Assembly: GCA_963664225.1 (NCBI GenBank)
Contig: OY760937.1
Location: 4,320,001 to 4,384,000, forward strand
Direction: 5' to 3'
DNA from: Verrucomicrobiia bacterium
GTDB lineage: Bacteria > Verrucomicrobiota > Verrucomicrobiia > Limisphaerales > UBA1319
Length of the DNA: 64,000 bases
Within the stretch, counting starts at the first letter, position 1, and the number at the start of each line of letters is the position of its first letter. Under the pieces are notes generated by a model that was given only the letters and a program-made list of their open reading frames with translations, did no database searches and was not told the origin of the DNA. The translations under genes and the position numbers were made by a program. Below, one piece after another: positions 29,462 to 39,755 of the stretch.

Positions 29462-30607
29462 ATGAAACCTACCGAAATTCTTTTCGTGAGTTGGCTGTCC
29501 TTCATGGCTTTGGCGTCGGGATGCCCCGCTTTGGCGCAAAGCGTAAGTCTCGAGATCGAGGCCGTTGACTCATCGCCGCACTTGACCATCCACAGCGATC
29601 TGGGAGTGACCAATGTGATCGAATATACAGAGGCGTTGGCGACCAACCAATGGCATGCATTGACCAATCTCATGGTGAACATCAATCCCTATGTGGTGGT
29701 GGACGTGGGAGGATCAGTCGCCCAGCGATTTTATCGGGTGGTGATTCCCGACAACACGAATGCTCCAGCCGGGATGGTCCTGATTCCAGCGGGTTCGTAC
29801 ACCATGGGGGATGCAATCGAGGGGGGATCTGGTGACGAACAGCCGACGCACCCGGTTTATGTCAGCCGGTTTTTTATGGACAGGAACAAAGTCACCAAAG
29901 CGCTATGGGACGAGGTCTATACTTGGGCCACGTTACATGGATACAGCTTTGAGAATGCCGGTTTGGGCAAGGCCGCCAATCACCCGGTGCAGACGGTGAG
30001 TTGGCACGACATGGTCAAGTGGTGCAATGCGCGGAGCGAGAAGGAGGGGCGGGTGGTGGCTTATTACACCGATGCGGCGCAGACAACGATTTATCGCACA
30101 GGCCAGGTGGATCTGCAAAACGATTGGGTGAAGTGGAATGCAGGCTATCGTCTGCCGACGGAGGCGGAGTGGGAAAAGGCCGCAAGGGGTGGAACCACCG
30201 GACACCGATTTTATTGGGGGGACACGATCACTCACAGCCAGGCGAATTATCAAAGCGACGCTTCGTGGGCCTATGACATCAGTCCGACGCGCGGTTTTCA
30301 TCCAAGCTACGACAACGATCCGATGCCTTACACGAGTCCGGTGGGATCCTTTGCCCCCAATGGGTATGGGCTTTATGACATGGCGGGCAATGTGTGGGAT
30401 CGCTGCTGGGACTGGTGGGGTTCGTATTCGAGCGGATCACAAACCGACCCACGTGGACCCACATCGGGATCGATTCACGTTTTCCGTGGAGGCAGTTGGA
30501 TCAACTTCGGCAGCGGCTGCCGGCTTTCGCGCCGCCCCAACAGTTGGCCGGGCAACGTGGTCAATAACAGCGCGATTGGGTTCCGTTGCGCCCTCGGTCG
30601 GCCTTGA
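29462..30607 (+). CDS. Secreted FGE-sulfatase (SUMF1)-domain protein
   Basis: Signal peptide; MVLIPAGSYTMG, HPVQTVSW, YRLPTEAEWEKAARGG, NGYGLYDMAGNVW, RGGSW, IGFR. Confidence 0.9.
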   Translation: MKPTEILFVSWLSFMALASGCPALAQSVSLEIEAVDSSPHLTIHSDLGVTNVIEYTEALATNQWHALTNLMVNINPYVVVDVGGSVAQRFYRVVIPDNTNAPAGMVLIPAGSYTMGDAIEGGSGDEQPTHPVYVSRFFMDRNKVTKALWDEVYTWATLHGYSFENAGLGKAANHPVQTVSWHDMVKWCNARSEKEGRVVAYYTDAAQTTIYRTGQVDLQNDWVKWNAGYRLPTEAEWEKAARGGTTGHRFYWGDTITHSQANYQSDASWAYDISPTRGFHPSYDNDPMPYTSPVGSFAPNGYGLYDMAGNVWDRCWDWWGSYSSGSQTDPRGPTSGSIHVFRGGSWINFGSGCRLSRRPNSWPGNVVNNSAIGFRCALGRP

Positions 30608-30904
30608 GCGGTCCGAAACAGACAGGCGGATTCCGCAGTCGCGGAGAATATGTAAACACGATTCTTGATGTAAGAAATAGGCCATCTTGCGCCGCAGCGA
30701 AATGTAGGCCGCGTGCCCTCACGCGGCGTCCGGGTCCCAGCGGCGGCGACCATGTTCAAACGTGCAATTCCCGGTCGCGGAGAATATGTGAATGCGATTT
30801 TTGATGAACGAAATGGGCCATCTTGCGTCGCAACGAAATGTAGGCCGCGTGCCCTCACGCGGCGTCCGGGTCCCTGCGGACCGTATTCAAACATGCGATT
30901 CCCG

Positions 30905-31218
30905 GTCGCGGAGCGACCATTGACGGTAGCCATGGGTTTCAACCCATGGAAAGGATTTCACCCCCGCGTTTAGCATATTTCCCGCTGCCTTTTCGTCGCG
31001 TCGCGACGCTTGAATTATGGGCATCCCTCTGAATTGCAAAATTCCACCTGCCGGTGCCACCCATCTCCGGGCTACCCGGGACCGCCGTCCCCATCGGAAT
31101 CCCCAACGCTGTAGGCGTTGAATCAAACTCACTCCCGCACCTCTCCAAATCGGTTCGCGACCACCGCGACCTTCGTGGTAGGAGGGAGTGCAGTCCTCTG
31201 CGCGCCGCCGACAATCCC
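30905..31218. repeat. ~315-bp direct repeat, copy 2
   Basis: Matches 28703-29017. Neighbouring ~136-bp tandem duplications start at ~30638/30774 and ~31327/31462. Confidence 0.85.
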
Positions 31219-32028
31219 GCGCGCCGTCAGCGCAGCTTGCCAATCTGCGAACCGTTTCAAACTCACAGTCCCGGCAGGAATCGCAAAACCTTTTCCATGT
31301 AGCGCAGACATCTTGTCTGCCGTATCGCGGATTTCCAATCCGCCAGCCTTCTCAAAAATCCAGGGCACCAAACAAAATTCTCCGGTTCGCGACCGGCATT
31401 CCCTTTCCGCGGCAGGGCGTGCAGTCCTCTGCGCGCCGCCGACAATCCCGCGCGCCGTCACCGCGGATTTCCAATCCGCCAGCCTTCTCAAAAATCCAGG
31501 GCACCAAACAAACTTCTCCGATTCGCGACCGCCATTCCCTTTCCGTGGTAGGTCGTGCAGTCCTCTGCGCGCCGTTGGGAGTATCACATTGTAGGCCCGG
31601 GTGCCCCCACCCGGCGTCCGGAGAACGACCACACTCAACCGAATAACCCAATCGCGCGATTCCTCTCCCTGCGCCAGCGGGAGGGTGGGTCAACCCGGAA
31701 CGGGTTGCATCACTCAGCCCCGGGTCGCGAGGCACGAGCCACCCGGGGTCCCCGTCTCCAAGATTCGCCTACGCTGTAAGCGTTGAATCAAAGCCATGGG
31801 ACGTGCAACCCGCAGCCAATGGTCAATCCATTTGGCGGTCCTGGCCGGACTGGCACGGAGCGGTGGCGTAAGAAAGCGCATCGAGGAAGCGCCAGTCCTC
31901 CGCTGTTTCAAGGCGTAGCTCTTTCAAGTGGAATCGAAACCTCTGATGTCTTGCGCGAGGGGAGGGAATGGTTCGGTCTATTCAATCCTTCAAACATGAA
32001 CGAAACTATGGTCTGCCCCGGTCCTTGT

Positions 32029-32538
32029 TCATGGTTGAATCTTAGCCAATTCAGCATCAGCCCTCCTCTGAATTGCCCCCCCTACAAGCTGAACAAGTTC
32101 CAGACACTGGGCACTGTGGAGTGCCATGCCGCACTGCTTCAGTGACGTGAAACATTTTCGGGCTTCAACAATGTCGTTTTTCAAAACCGCATCGCTCCCG
32201 GCATGTGCTACTTCCACTGCCAGAAGCTTGAATGCGTCAAGCTGAGACAGCATCTCACCTGATTTCGTCGCACGTTCGCCACGCGATAACGCCTGCCACT
32301 GACTTTCGGTGAGGCTCAACGCCGAATCTGGCGTAAACAATGGACGAGCGCTCCAGTCGGCCTCGAGAAAACGGCTGACTGCTGTTGTTTTATCTCCCTG
32401 CTGCCAGGCCATCATGGCTGGCTGCGTAATCGGTATAGCTGCTGACGGCGAAGTGGAACTGGGTTGGGCAGCTTTCTTGCCGCATCCAGCGAATAGAAGC
32501 AAGGCGCCAAGAGCTGCGCACATTGTCATTGTTTTCAT
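32029..32538 (-). CDS. Hypothetical lipoprotein
   Basis: MKTMTMCAALGALLLFAGC lipobox followed by a helical domain; no family recognised. Confidence 0.65.
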   Translation of the reverse strand: MKTMTMCAALGALLLFAGCGKKAAQPSSTSPSAAIPITQPAMMAWQQGDKTTAVSRFLEADWSARPLFTPDSALSLTESQWQALSRGERATKSGEMLSQLDAFKLLAVEVAHAGSDAVLKNDIVEARKCFTSLKQCGMALHSAQCLELVQLVGGAIQRRADAELAKIQP

Positions 32539-33817
32539 GGATTTTGTCGCTAATAAGTATATCTGGGCGTTGGCCATCAGCCATTATAATAGTTTGGCAT
32601 ATTTAGAACGCACGGGGTCAGACGAACGACGCGGTTGCCGGCATAGGCATAGGCAGACATAGGGGTCAAACCATAGTATCGTTCACTTTTGTCAGATTTG
32701 TGCGTTGATGGTTGAGAGGCCATGGTGCGTAATATGTTATAAAAACGCGTTAACCAATGGTTTGCGATATAACGAGGTAAAACGAGCAGGGGCGCGTGCT
32801 CTGAGCCCCAGCTCGCGTGCCCCTGCGGTCGAAATCCCTATTCTCATCGGTTCTTCACCCATATACTCTCGTTTGGACCAATGAATTATCCCCCGCTAAT
32901 TCCGGAAGACCCCTATTTATAAACAACCTTTATGAGTTTTACAAGGTATTCCGATAATTAGAACGTCAGCTCGGAAAATCGACAGGAAAGAGTGAACAAT
33001 CCAAATGGGTGACCCCTTTTCCCGATCTGATTAAAATCGGTTGCGCCTCAATCCCGCCGCCCGTATCACGTTTAGTCATATTGCACGTCTCCTGGTCTAA
33101 CTTGCTTTAGGTCGCATTCCTCCGTTCGCCAACCCCACGCGGCGGCACCTTCTCAATCATCCAATCGCTCCAGAACCGCCCAACACTCCTCCCTCTCCGT
33201 CGCCAGATGGAGAGGGCCGGGGTGAGGCTCTTCGCATATTTTGTTCCTCATCAAGTGTCACTTATCCATTCTTCTCTTTTCCCCATCCTGACCATCCTCC
33301 AACCATGTTCCATCACGCCCATTCCCAGCGCCGGAGACGCGGCATGTTTATAGAACGCCGCCTCCCCATCGAATTTCCAAGCTCAAGCGGAGCGACATGC
33401 TAATTGGCTATCCCCTGAGCCTGCTTCAAAACACCGCAAACTAGGTTGATGAGATTGAACATATCTGGACGGAGAGCCCTGACCATTACGACACCGACCA
33501 TTTAGAAAACGCCTGCCAATGACAAAATGGCGCAATCCTTTTTAATCCGTTTTTACAAAAAACTACCGTTTGCCATGCCAAGCCTGAAGGCAGACGAATA
33601 AGTCCAAGTCCACCAACAAAAAATGTCGGTCGGATTATTAAAGAATTCCAGCGAACTGAAAAAAATCCGCCGATTATTTTGAACGAGTCCGACGATCTGC
33701 TGCTGGGGGAACGGAAAATAACCACGCCCCCAATCGACTTTATTGGGCGTTGTTCTCGCCACCTTAGCACAATGAAGCGGCTCTAGCTGCCTCAAGTCCT
33801 ATTAAGACCTATGGAAA

Positions 33818-34303
33818 TTATGTTTTGCGATTACAAAGCAAAAAGTCTTTTCTATATATTCTGGTAACTTGAAATATAATAGATACTGTATTTAGACCGA
33901 TTAGCAATAATAGTGCTTCGTTTATTCTAGTAACAAGAAGTGGTATTTTCAGTGTAACATTATGGAATGAATTTGAATAATACTTACTTGTGTATGGGAA
34001 CAACCAAGTATCTCCATGATATGGAAGGAACCAGAACTCTCTGGTAACCACGCCTAATATTGTATTATTAGAATGAACTATGGCTACTACACCTAATGAA
34101 CGAAGCTCATCAGGAAGCATGATCAAATATTCAGTCCTAGTTACATATATATCATATCCTTCAATATATCGCAAATATATATTACACGTTCTAATCGAAT
34201 CCTTACATATTATGTACGCGATTATGCACGCTAATAACATTTGTATGTTAATGCACACTAAGTGTCGTTTAACAAACCTTCCTAAGGTTAATAGCATTTT
34301 CAT
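33818..34303 (-). CDS. Hypothetical AT-rich membrane protein
   Basis: Open frame in markedly AT-rich DNA with hydrophobic stretches near both ends; start uncertain. Confidence 0.55.
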   Translation of the reverse strand: MKMLLTLGRFVKRHLVCINIQMLLACIIAYIICKDSIRTCNIYLRYIEGYDIYVTRTEYLIMLPDELRSLGVVAIVHSNNTILGVVTREFWFLPYHGDTWLFPYTSKYYSNSFHNVTLKIPLLVTRINEALLLLIGLNTVSIIFQVTRIYRKDFLLCNRKT

Positions 34304-35903
34304 TAATAAGTCATTCAAAATATGCTTCAGTAAAGGGAGCAAACCAACCATTGTCTCTTTTTCACGTTCCGACTTATCCGCCATCACGCCTCCAGACCTG
34401 CACCTGCCCGAACCAATCAAGCTCAGCCGATCGAATTTTGCCTATCGCTTGGCCGTTCTCATGGCAATCCCATCGTTGAAAACAATCGCAGCCTGCTCCC
34501 CATCAACCGCCTTGGCAACAGGAACTTTGCCGCCCTCTGTTCCCTGATTTGCCTTCCGCGTACTCGCGCCCATTCCTTCGTCCGTCAGCCCCTCGCGGTA
34601 CCAGTTTCCAAATCGTCCAATCGTTCAGAAAACGCGAAAAACTCCTCACTCTCCGCTCTGGGGACCACGTTGCGCGAAGCGCACGTCCATTTTTGGGTAA
34701 CCAACTCGTGGCGGGCTTGGGAAGCCATAGGGTCGGGGTGAGGTGGATTTTCGGGTCCTTCCACACTAATTCTCCGCGTTCTCCTCGTCTCCGCGTGGTG
34801 CATTTTCCCGCCCATTAGCGCCCAAACCATGGTATCGTTCACTTTTCAAATTCTGATTTGTTCAATATCACGCCTTCAGGGCTGTACCCGCCCGAACCGA
34901 TCAAGCTCAGCCGATTGGGCTTATGGCTTGGCCGTTCCCATGGCATCACGTCGTTGACAATAAATGCAGCCTGCTCCCCATAAACCGCCTTGGCAACAGA
35001 AGATCTCGTCCGGTTAATTATCCATCCTGTCCATCCTGCGCATCCATGTAAAAAACGGCCCCCGTTAACCCCACGCGGAGGCACCTTCCAAATCATCCAA
35101 TTGTCCAGGAACCGCGAAAAAGTCCTCCTTCTCCGTCGCCAGATGGAGAAGGCCGGGATGAGGCTCTCTTTTTCTTTCATTCACCCGAAGTCGACCGTAA
35201 GAACCCCGCCACCCGCATCACATCCAATGCATTTCGCACATCTCGTGGCCTGCCATGTTTTCGTTCCACTCCTCCCCACACTCAAGTCCCACGCAGTCCT
35301 CAACCCGGAACGGGTTGCAATCACTCAGCCCCGGGTCGCGAGGCACGAGCAACCCGGGGTTCCCGTCCCCAGAATTCGCCTACGCTGTAGGCGTTGCATC
35401 AAATTCAAACGCTGTCCCCCAATCCCCAGCGCCAACGGCGCGACCCATATCAGCCTCGGCTGGAGCGAGTCCGCGAGCCTAGGTAAATCATCCCCAACAT
35501 CACTAAAAGCCCTGTAGGGGCGTCCCATGCGGTTGCACACTCGTTCCGCAACAAGTTTCCATCCGTATCGCGGACGTCCTCGTCTGTGGGTTATCCGGGC
35601 ATCCTCGGACGGCAATCGGACTCATAATCTCCGTAGCTGAGCAAGTCATCCGCTGTTTCAAGGCGTAGCTCTTTCAAGGGGAATCGAAACCTCGGATGTC
35701 TTGCGCGAGGGGGTTCCGTGCTTGGTGTTATAAGTGCCAAATGCACATTCTGGCACCAGCCACGAAAAAAACTTCAAACTCCTTTTGACACCACGGGAAA
35801 GCGAAAGACGGTCAGGACGGGCGACGGGGTGGTGCCTTCCCGCCATGACGGCACATGGCAGCGCAGGAGGAAAACATTGCGTCACCGCTGATTAGCACAT
35901 TCC

Positions 35904-36410
35904 CTATGGTTTATTTGCCCCTTGGCCATTTGTATTAATGCCTGACGACTCTCCTTTGGCACCAACAAACAGTCCAGCTCTGTCCATCACAGAACTCCAT
36001 GCCGAAATATATTTATCCATGACAGGTGTTATCTTAACAGCTTCGGGTTGGAGGGGCCCGAGGTAGGGCAAAGTCATTTCGGCATCATTTAACTTCTTAA
36101 GTGTGGCATCACGCAAACCGACAGGAAATGGCCCCAACGTTTCCAACTCTTTAGAAATTATTTCAAGGCGGTCTACCAATGGATCCACCTTCGCCAAAAA
36201 GCCGACAGCGTTGGTATTGTTTAACTGAAATACGGCATCTCCAAAATCATGCTCAACGAAAACAATTTCTTTTGCGATTGCTTCTTGTTTCTCGAGCACT
36301 CCATTCTTCCGCGTTCCCGAAAAGTCACCATTTGATAGGCGGGAATTTGTTTGGGATTCGCACGATGTCAAAAACAGCAAGCCAATCAAGGCCAATATCG
36401 AATAATTCAT
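35904..36410 (-). CDS. Hypothetical lipoprotein
   Basis: MNYSILALIGLLFLTSC lipobox; AT-rich relative to the flanking core genes. Confidence 0.65.
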   Translation of the reverse strand: MNYSILALIGLLFLTSCESQTNSRLSNGDFSGTRKNGVLEKQEAIAKEIVFVEHDFGDAVFQLNNTNAVGFLAKVDPLVDRLEIISKELETLGPFPVGLRDATLKKLNDAEMTLPYLGPLQPEAVKITPVMDKYISAWSSVMDRAGLFVGAKGESSGINTNGQGANKP

Positions 36411-37002
36411 AACTTGAAATGGCAATTCACCGATAAACTCCTATTTGGGAAGCTATCCTTCCCCATGCTCCTGTCTCATCAAATTGAGTTCCCCCGTTCC
36501 AAACCACAGTATCGCTCACTTTTCATATTCTGATTTATTCCCAAACCAGCCTCCAGAGTTTTGCCCGTCCGGAACAATCAAGGCCCCCACTAAGATTTGG
36601 CTTATGGTTTGGCCGTCCTCATGGCAATCACATCGTTGACAACAAATGCAGCCTGCTCCCCAAACGCCGCCTTGGCAACAGGAATTATGCCGCCTTCCAC
36701 CCTCCGCCCTTATCTGAGTTTGACGGTGTTAATCTGTGGCCAACTGTTTTCCCCTCTTTTCCACGGGCAAGATTGTGGCGCTCCCTTAGCGCCAATGCCA
36801 CGCTGCCCCGTTGGATGAAAGCGACTGCTGCAATGGGCAAAATGATCAGGAAAAGTGAACCATACTATGGTTTGATTCCTTTACAGAAAAAAACCGAAAA
36901 AGAATAATAATCGGTGCAGAAACGTTTTATTCTTTTGATCCCTGCCCTAATGGGTGACCCCTTTAGAATTGGAAGCCTATTTTTCGACCGGCGGGGTGAC
37001 TC

Positions 37003-37443
37003 TTACTTTGATGGCATGGACGCTTGTTTTTTGTAGGGAGCATCAATGCCAGTGCGCCCCCATAGCCAATCATCACCACCGATTTCAATTTTTCCAAATC
37101 TACGCCGCAATCCGATAATTTGCGGTTTTACGTTTTTAAGGTCATCAAAGTTGGTAACCATTTGGCTGAAACCATTAATTACGACCATAAACGCACTGAA
37201 GTGTAGTGCTCCATTTTTCTCATCAAATCGCCACGTTCCATTTACGATGGCTGTTTTATCATTTTCTTTGATTTTAATTGTTTGTGTATATCGGTTGTCT
37301 GGATTAATGATCAACATGTCCGTCGCAAATCCAAAGTCGGCAATATAGGTTCCAGCCAAATCGGATATTTTTATAGACCCTCCACACCCCGACATAAAAC
37401 CCATCAAGATCACAACGAGCCACCATTTTATTCGTGAGTCCAT
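37003..37443 (-). CDS. Hypothetical lipoprotein, beta-rich
   Basis: WWLVVILMGFMSGC lipobox; DLAGTY...NGTWRF pattern; AT-rich. Confidence 0.65.
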   Translation of the reverse strand: MDSRIKWWLVVILMGFMSGCGGSIKISDLAGTYIADFGFATDMLIINPDNRYTQTIKIKENDKTAIVNGTWRFDEKNGALHFSAFMVVINGFSQMVTNFDDLKNVKPQIIGLRRRFGKIEIGGDDWLWGRTGIDAPYKKQASMPSK

Positions 37444-37876
37444 TATAATAGGAAAAGGGTCACCCAAACCATAGTATCGTTCACTTTTCATGTTCTGATT
37501 TATTCCCAAGCCAGCCTTCTGAGCTGTGCCCGCCCGAACCGATCAAGCTCAGCCGATTGGGCTTATGGCTTGGCCGTTCTCATGGCAATCCCATCGTTGA
37601 AAACAATCGCAGTCTGCTACCCACAAACCGCCATGGCAACAGGAACTTTACCGCCCGCGCCCCGCTTTTTTGACCAAGGACCAAGGACTATGGACGTTTT
37701 TTAGACGACTTCCTCAATTATCCTTTGTCCATTAACCCTTCCGCTCTTTTCCCATCCTGTCCATCCTGACTATCCATGTCGATTTCTCTCTGCCCTCTAC
37801 CCGGATCGCTGTTCGCTGTCGGATGTTCGCTTTTCCTCGATTGCCCATTGTCAAATATCCATTGACTTCGCCCCAT

Positions 37877-39577
37877 TTAATTCGCTTGTCGGCTCCTGAA
37901 ATACTGGGATCGCAAATGGCTATCCAGCGTGTTGGTCACCTGCAGCCGGCCCGCCGTCGCTGTGTTCGTCTGGAAGGGCGCCCATTTGGGCGACATCAGG
38001 TTCGTGGTGCTTTCCCACACATAATTGGATCCAGTCTGGCCCCTGAAACAGAACTTCAACTGGTTGGTCGCATAATGGTGGAGGGTCATCTTGTTGAGTT
38101 GCAGCGGCAGAATCACCACATTCGTGGCCACCGCAACCGAGGAAAATCCGTTTTTGTCCGTCACCATCACCGAGAAAATGCGTGTTCCTGCATCCAGATC
38201 CAGTTCGCTCCAACGGTATGGTTGGAAATCGTAGGCCTCGTGGCTGACCCCAAGAATCGTGGAGCCATCAAAAAACGTGACCGACGCGATCTCCGAGTTC
38301 CCCGGTTGCAGATTGGCGACCATCCTTAAATCGGTGCATGCTGCCAGGGTCGTGTTGTTCGTCGGGTAAACCAGCGTGATTCCCGGCCCGTTGTTCACCA
38401 CCGAAATGTGAACCGGAGCCGACGTCGTCGCATTGCCGCCTCCGTCAAAGGCCACAGCCGTGAAAGCATATTGTCCCGCCAACAAGCTGTCCGCCAGAGT
38501 GCTGTACGAGCCTCCCGATACTGAAGCGAGCAATTTGGTGTCCTGATAAATATCGACCCGCGCAATCGATCCCCCGGGCTGCGTCGCCTCCGCATTCACC
38601 GGAAACGTTGCCGGCGCCGTAAAACTCGAGCCTTCTGCCGGAGCGGTGATGTGAACCTGCGTTTGGCTGACCGACAAGTTTCCAATCAGCACAATGTGCG
38701 GACTGTTCCCGTCGGAGGTGGCCGCCAGAAAATCTCCGGTAATGGGGTCCACCGTGATGCCCGTGACCAGATAATAGTCCGTCAGAAAGTCGCGGAGCGT
38801 GCTGGCGACAGGATCGCCATTGGCATCCACTTCATACGCCACAATGCGATCGTTCTGCATGCTCGCAATCAGCACACTGCTCTTCGCAAAAGCCGGTTTT
38901 CCCGCCTGCACATAGGCCAGTCCCTGCCCGTAATTGACGATCTCGATGTAGTTGCCAACAGGAGCAATGTCATAGGTGCCCCCGCCGTCCGCCGTTACCG
39001 TCGTGTCGTACCAGGAAGAAGACGCCGCGCCGGAAAGCTTGAGCCGCCCCGCGCCGGGAAAACCCGCGGGCACAAACAACAATCCACCGCCACCGCCGTC
39101 CATGCCCAGATCGCTCATCAGCACTTGTTTGCCTGGCGCAGTGCTCCCCGGTTTGATCTGGCTGATCCCGCCCTCGTGCGTGGACGTGTAAAACAGGACC
39201 CCATTGGGCGCATAGTCCATTCCACCGTCAATGCCCCATCCCGAATTCACGCCCGTCGCATCCGCAAAAAACGAGGCCGTCGCGGCAAATCCCGTAATAT
39301 GCTTCTGCGCGTCCCGCGTCACCTTCACCTGATAAATCTTGGCCGCCAGATCGCCCATGCTCCCCGCCACCAACAGAGTCTCAGGATCGCCCGCCTTGAA
39401 CACCACGGCCCCATAAGCTGACGGCACATCCCCCGCGGCGCCAACATCTCGGACGCTGTAAATAGACGAAAAGTCCGGCCCCAGTGTTTGAGCAGGGCCG
39501 CTGAACGTGGAGAGACAAACGAGAAATGCAGCCGGTACAGCCGCAAAATGAGGAATTCTGGGATGAAGCATGCGCAT
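37877..39577 (-). CDS. Secreted protein: propeller-like N-terminal domain, two bacterial Ig-like domains, short C-terminal domain
   Basis: Signal peptide; VHITAPAEGSSFTAPA...IARVDIY...FTAVAFD...TTSAPV repeats; C-terminal YVWESTTNL...QYFRSR. Confidence 0.8.
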   Translation of the reverse strand: MRMLHPRIPHFAAVPAAFLVCLSTFSGPAQTLGPDFSSIYSVRDVGAAGDVPSAYGAVVFKAGDPETLLVAGSMGDLAAKIYQVKVTRDAQKHITGFAATASFFADATGVNSGWGIDGGMDYAPNGVLFYTSTHEGGISQIKPGSTAPGKQVLMSDLGMDGGGGGLLFVPAGFPGAGRLKLSGAASSSWYDTTVTADGGGTYDIAPVGNYIEIVNYGQGLAYVQAGKPAFAKSSVLIASMQNDRIVAYEVDANGDPVASTLRDFLTDYYLVTGITVDPITGDFLAATSDGNSPHIVLIGNLSVSQTQVHITAPAEGSSFTAPATFPVNAEATQPGGSIARVDIYQDTKLLASVSGGSYSTLADSLLAGQYAFTAVAFDGGGNATTSAPVHISVVNNGPGITLVYPTNNTTLAACTDLRMVANLQPGNSEIASVTFFDGSTILGVSHEAYDFQPYRWSELDLDAGTRIFSVMVTDKNGFSSVAVATNVVILPLQLNKMTLHHYATNQLKFCFRGQTGSNYVWESTTNLMSPKWAPFQTNTATAGRLQVTNTLDSHLRSQYFRSRQAN

Positions 39578-39755
39578 GTTGTATCAGCGCAACCTATTCG
39601 TTGCAAGCTATAAATCGTCAGATGTTTAAAGTCTCGATCGCATGACAAAAATCTTCAGTGCCGGGAGAAAACCCGTAAAATCTGGTGAAAGCAATAAGCA
39701 AACATAACAAACGGCATCAATGAAAATAATATCGTAAAAAAATAACGCCGCACAG

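Larger units (their letters stand above)
34385..37655 (-). repeat. Four copies of a ~150-190-bp leader element (~34385-34535, ~34823-35000, ~36500-36695, ~37465-37655)
   Basis: Shared plus-strand blocks ATCAAG(CTCAGCCGAT)...TTGGCCGT.C.CATGGCA...TCGTTGA.AA...GCAG.CTGCT.CCC...CCGCC.TGGCAACAG. Confidence 0.85.

Noticed and set aside
31899..31962. LFQG in the 64-bp repeat as a relic of a RAYT HLFQGRY motif
   Set aside because: A four-residue match with no flanking similarity is too weak.
28360..32145. Many short ORFs in the track over repeat DNA (e.g. RRAEDCTP- and GRAVLCAP-containing frames)
   Set aside because: They are translations of REP-like palindromes recurring in several frames and on both strands.
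33486..33795. Two overlapping minus-strand ORFs downstream of the 33818 gene
   Set aside because: No motif, clear start or coding signal; cannot be supported as genes.
28400..37800. CRISPR array or classical integron in the repeat-rich region
   Set aside because: Repeats are long, irregularly spaced and of several families; no cas or intI gene is present and I could not identify convincing attC core pairs.
28306..37800. tRNA-integrated genomic island
   Set aside because: No integrase, no duplicated tRNA 3' end was seen, and the region is on the tRNA's 5' side.
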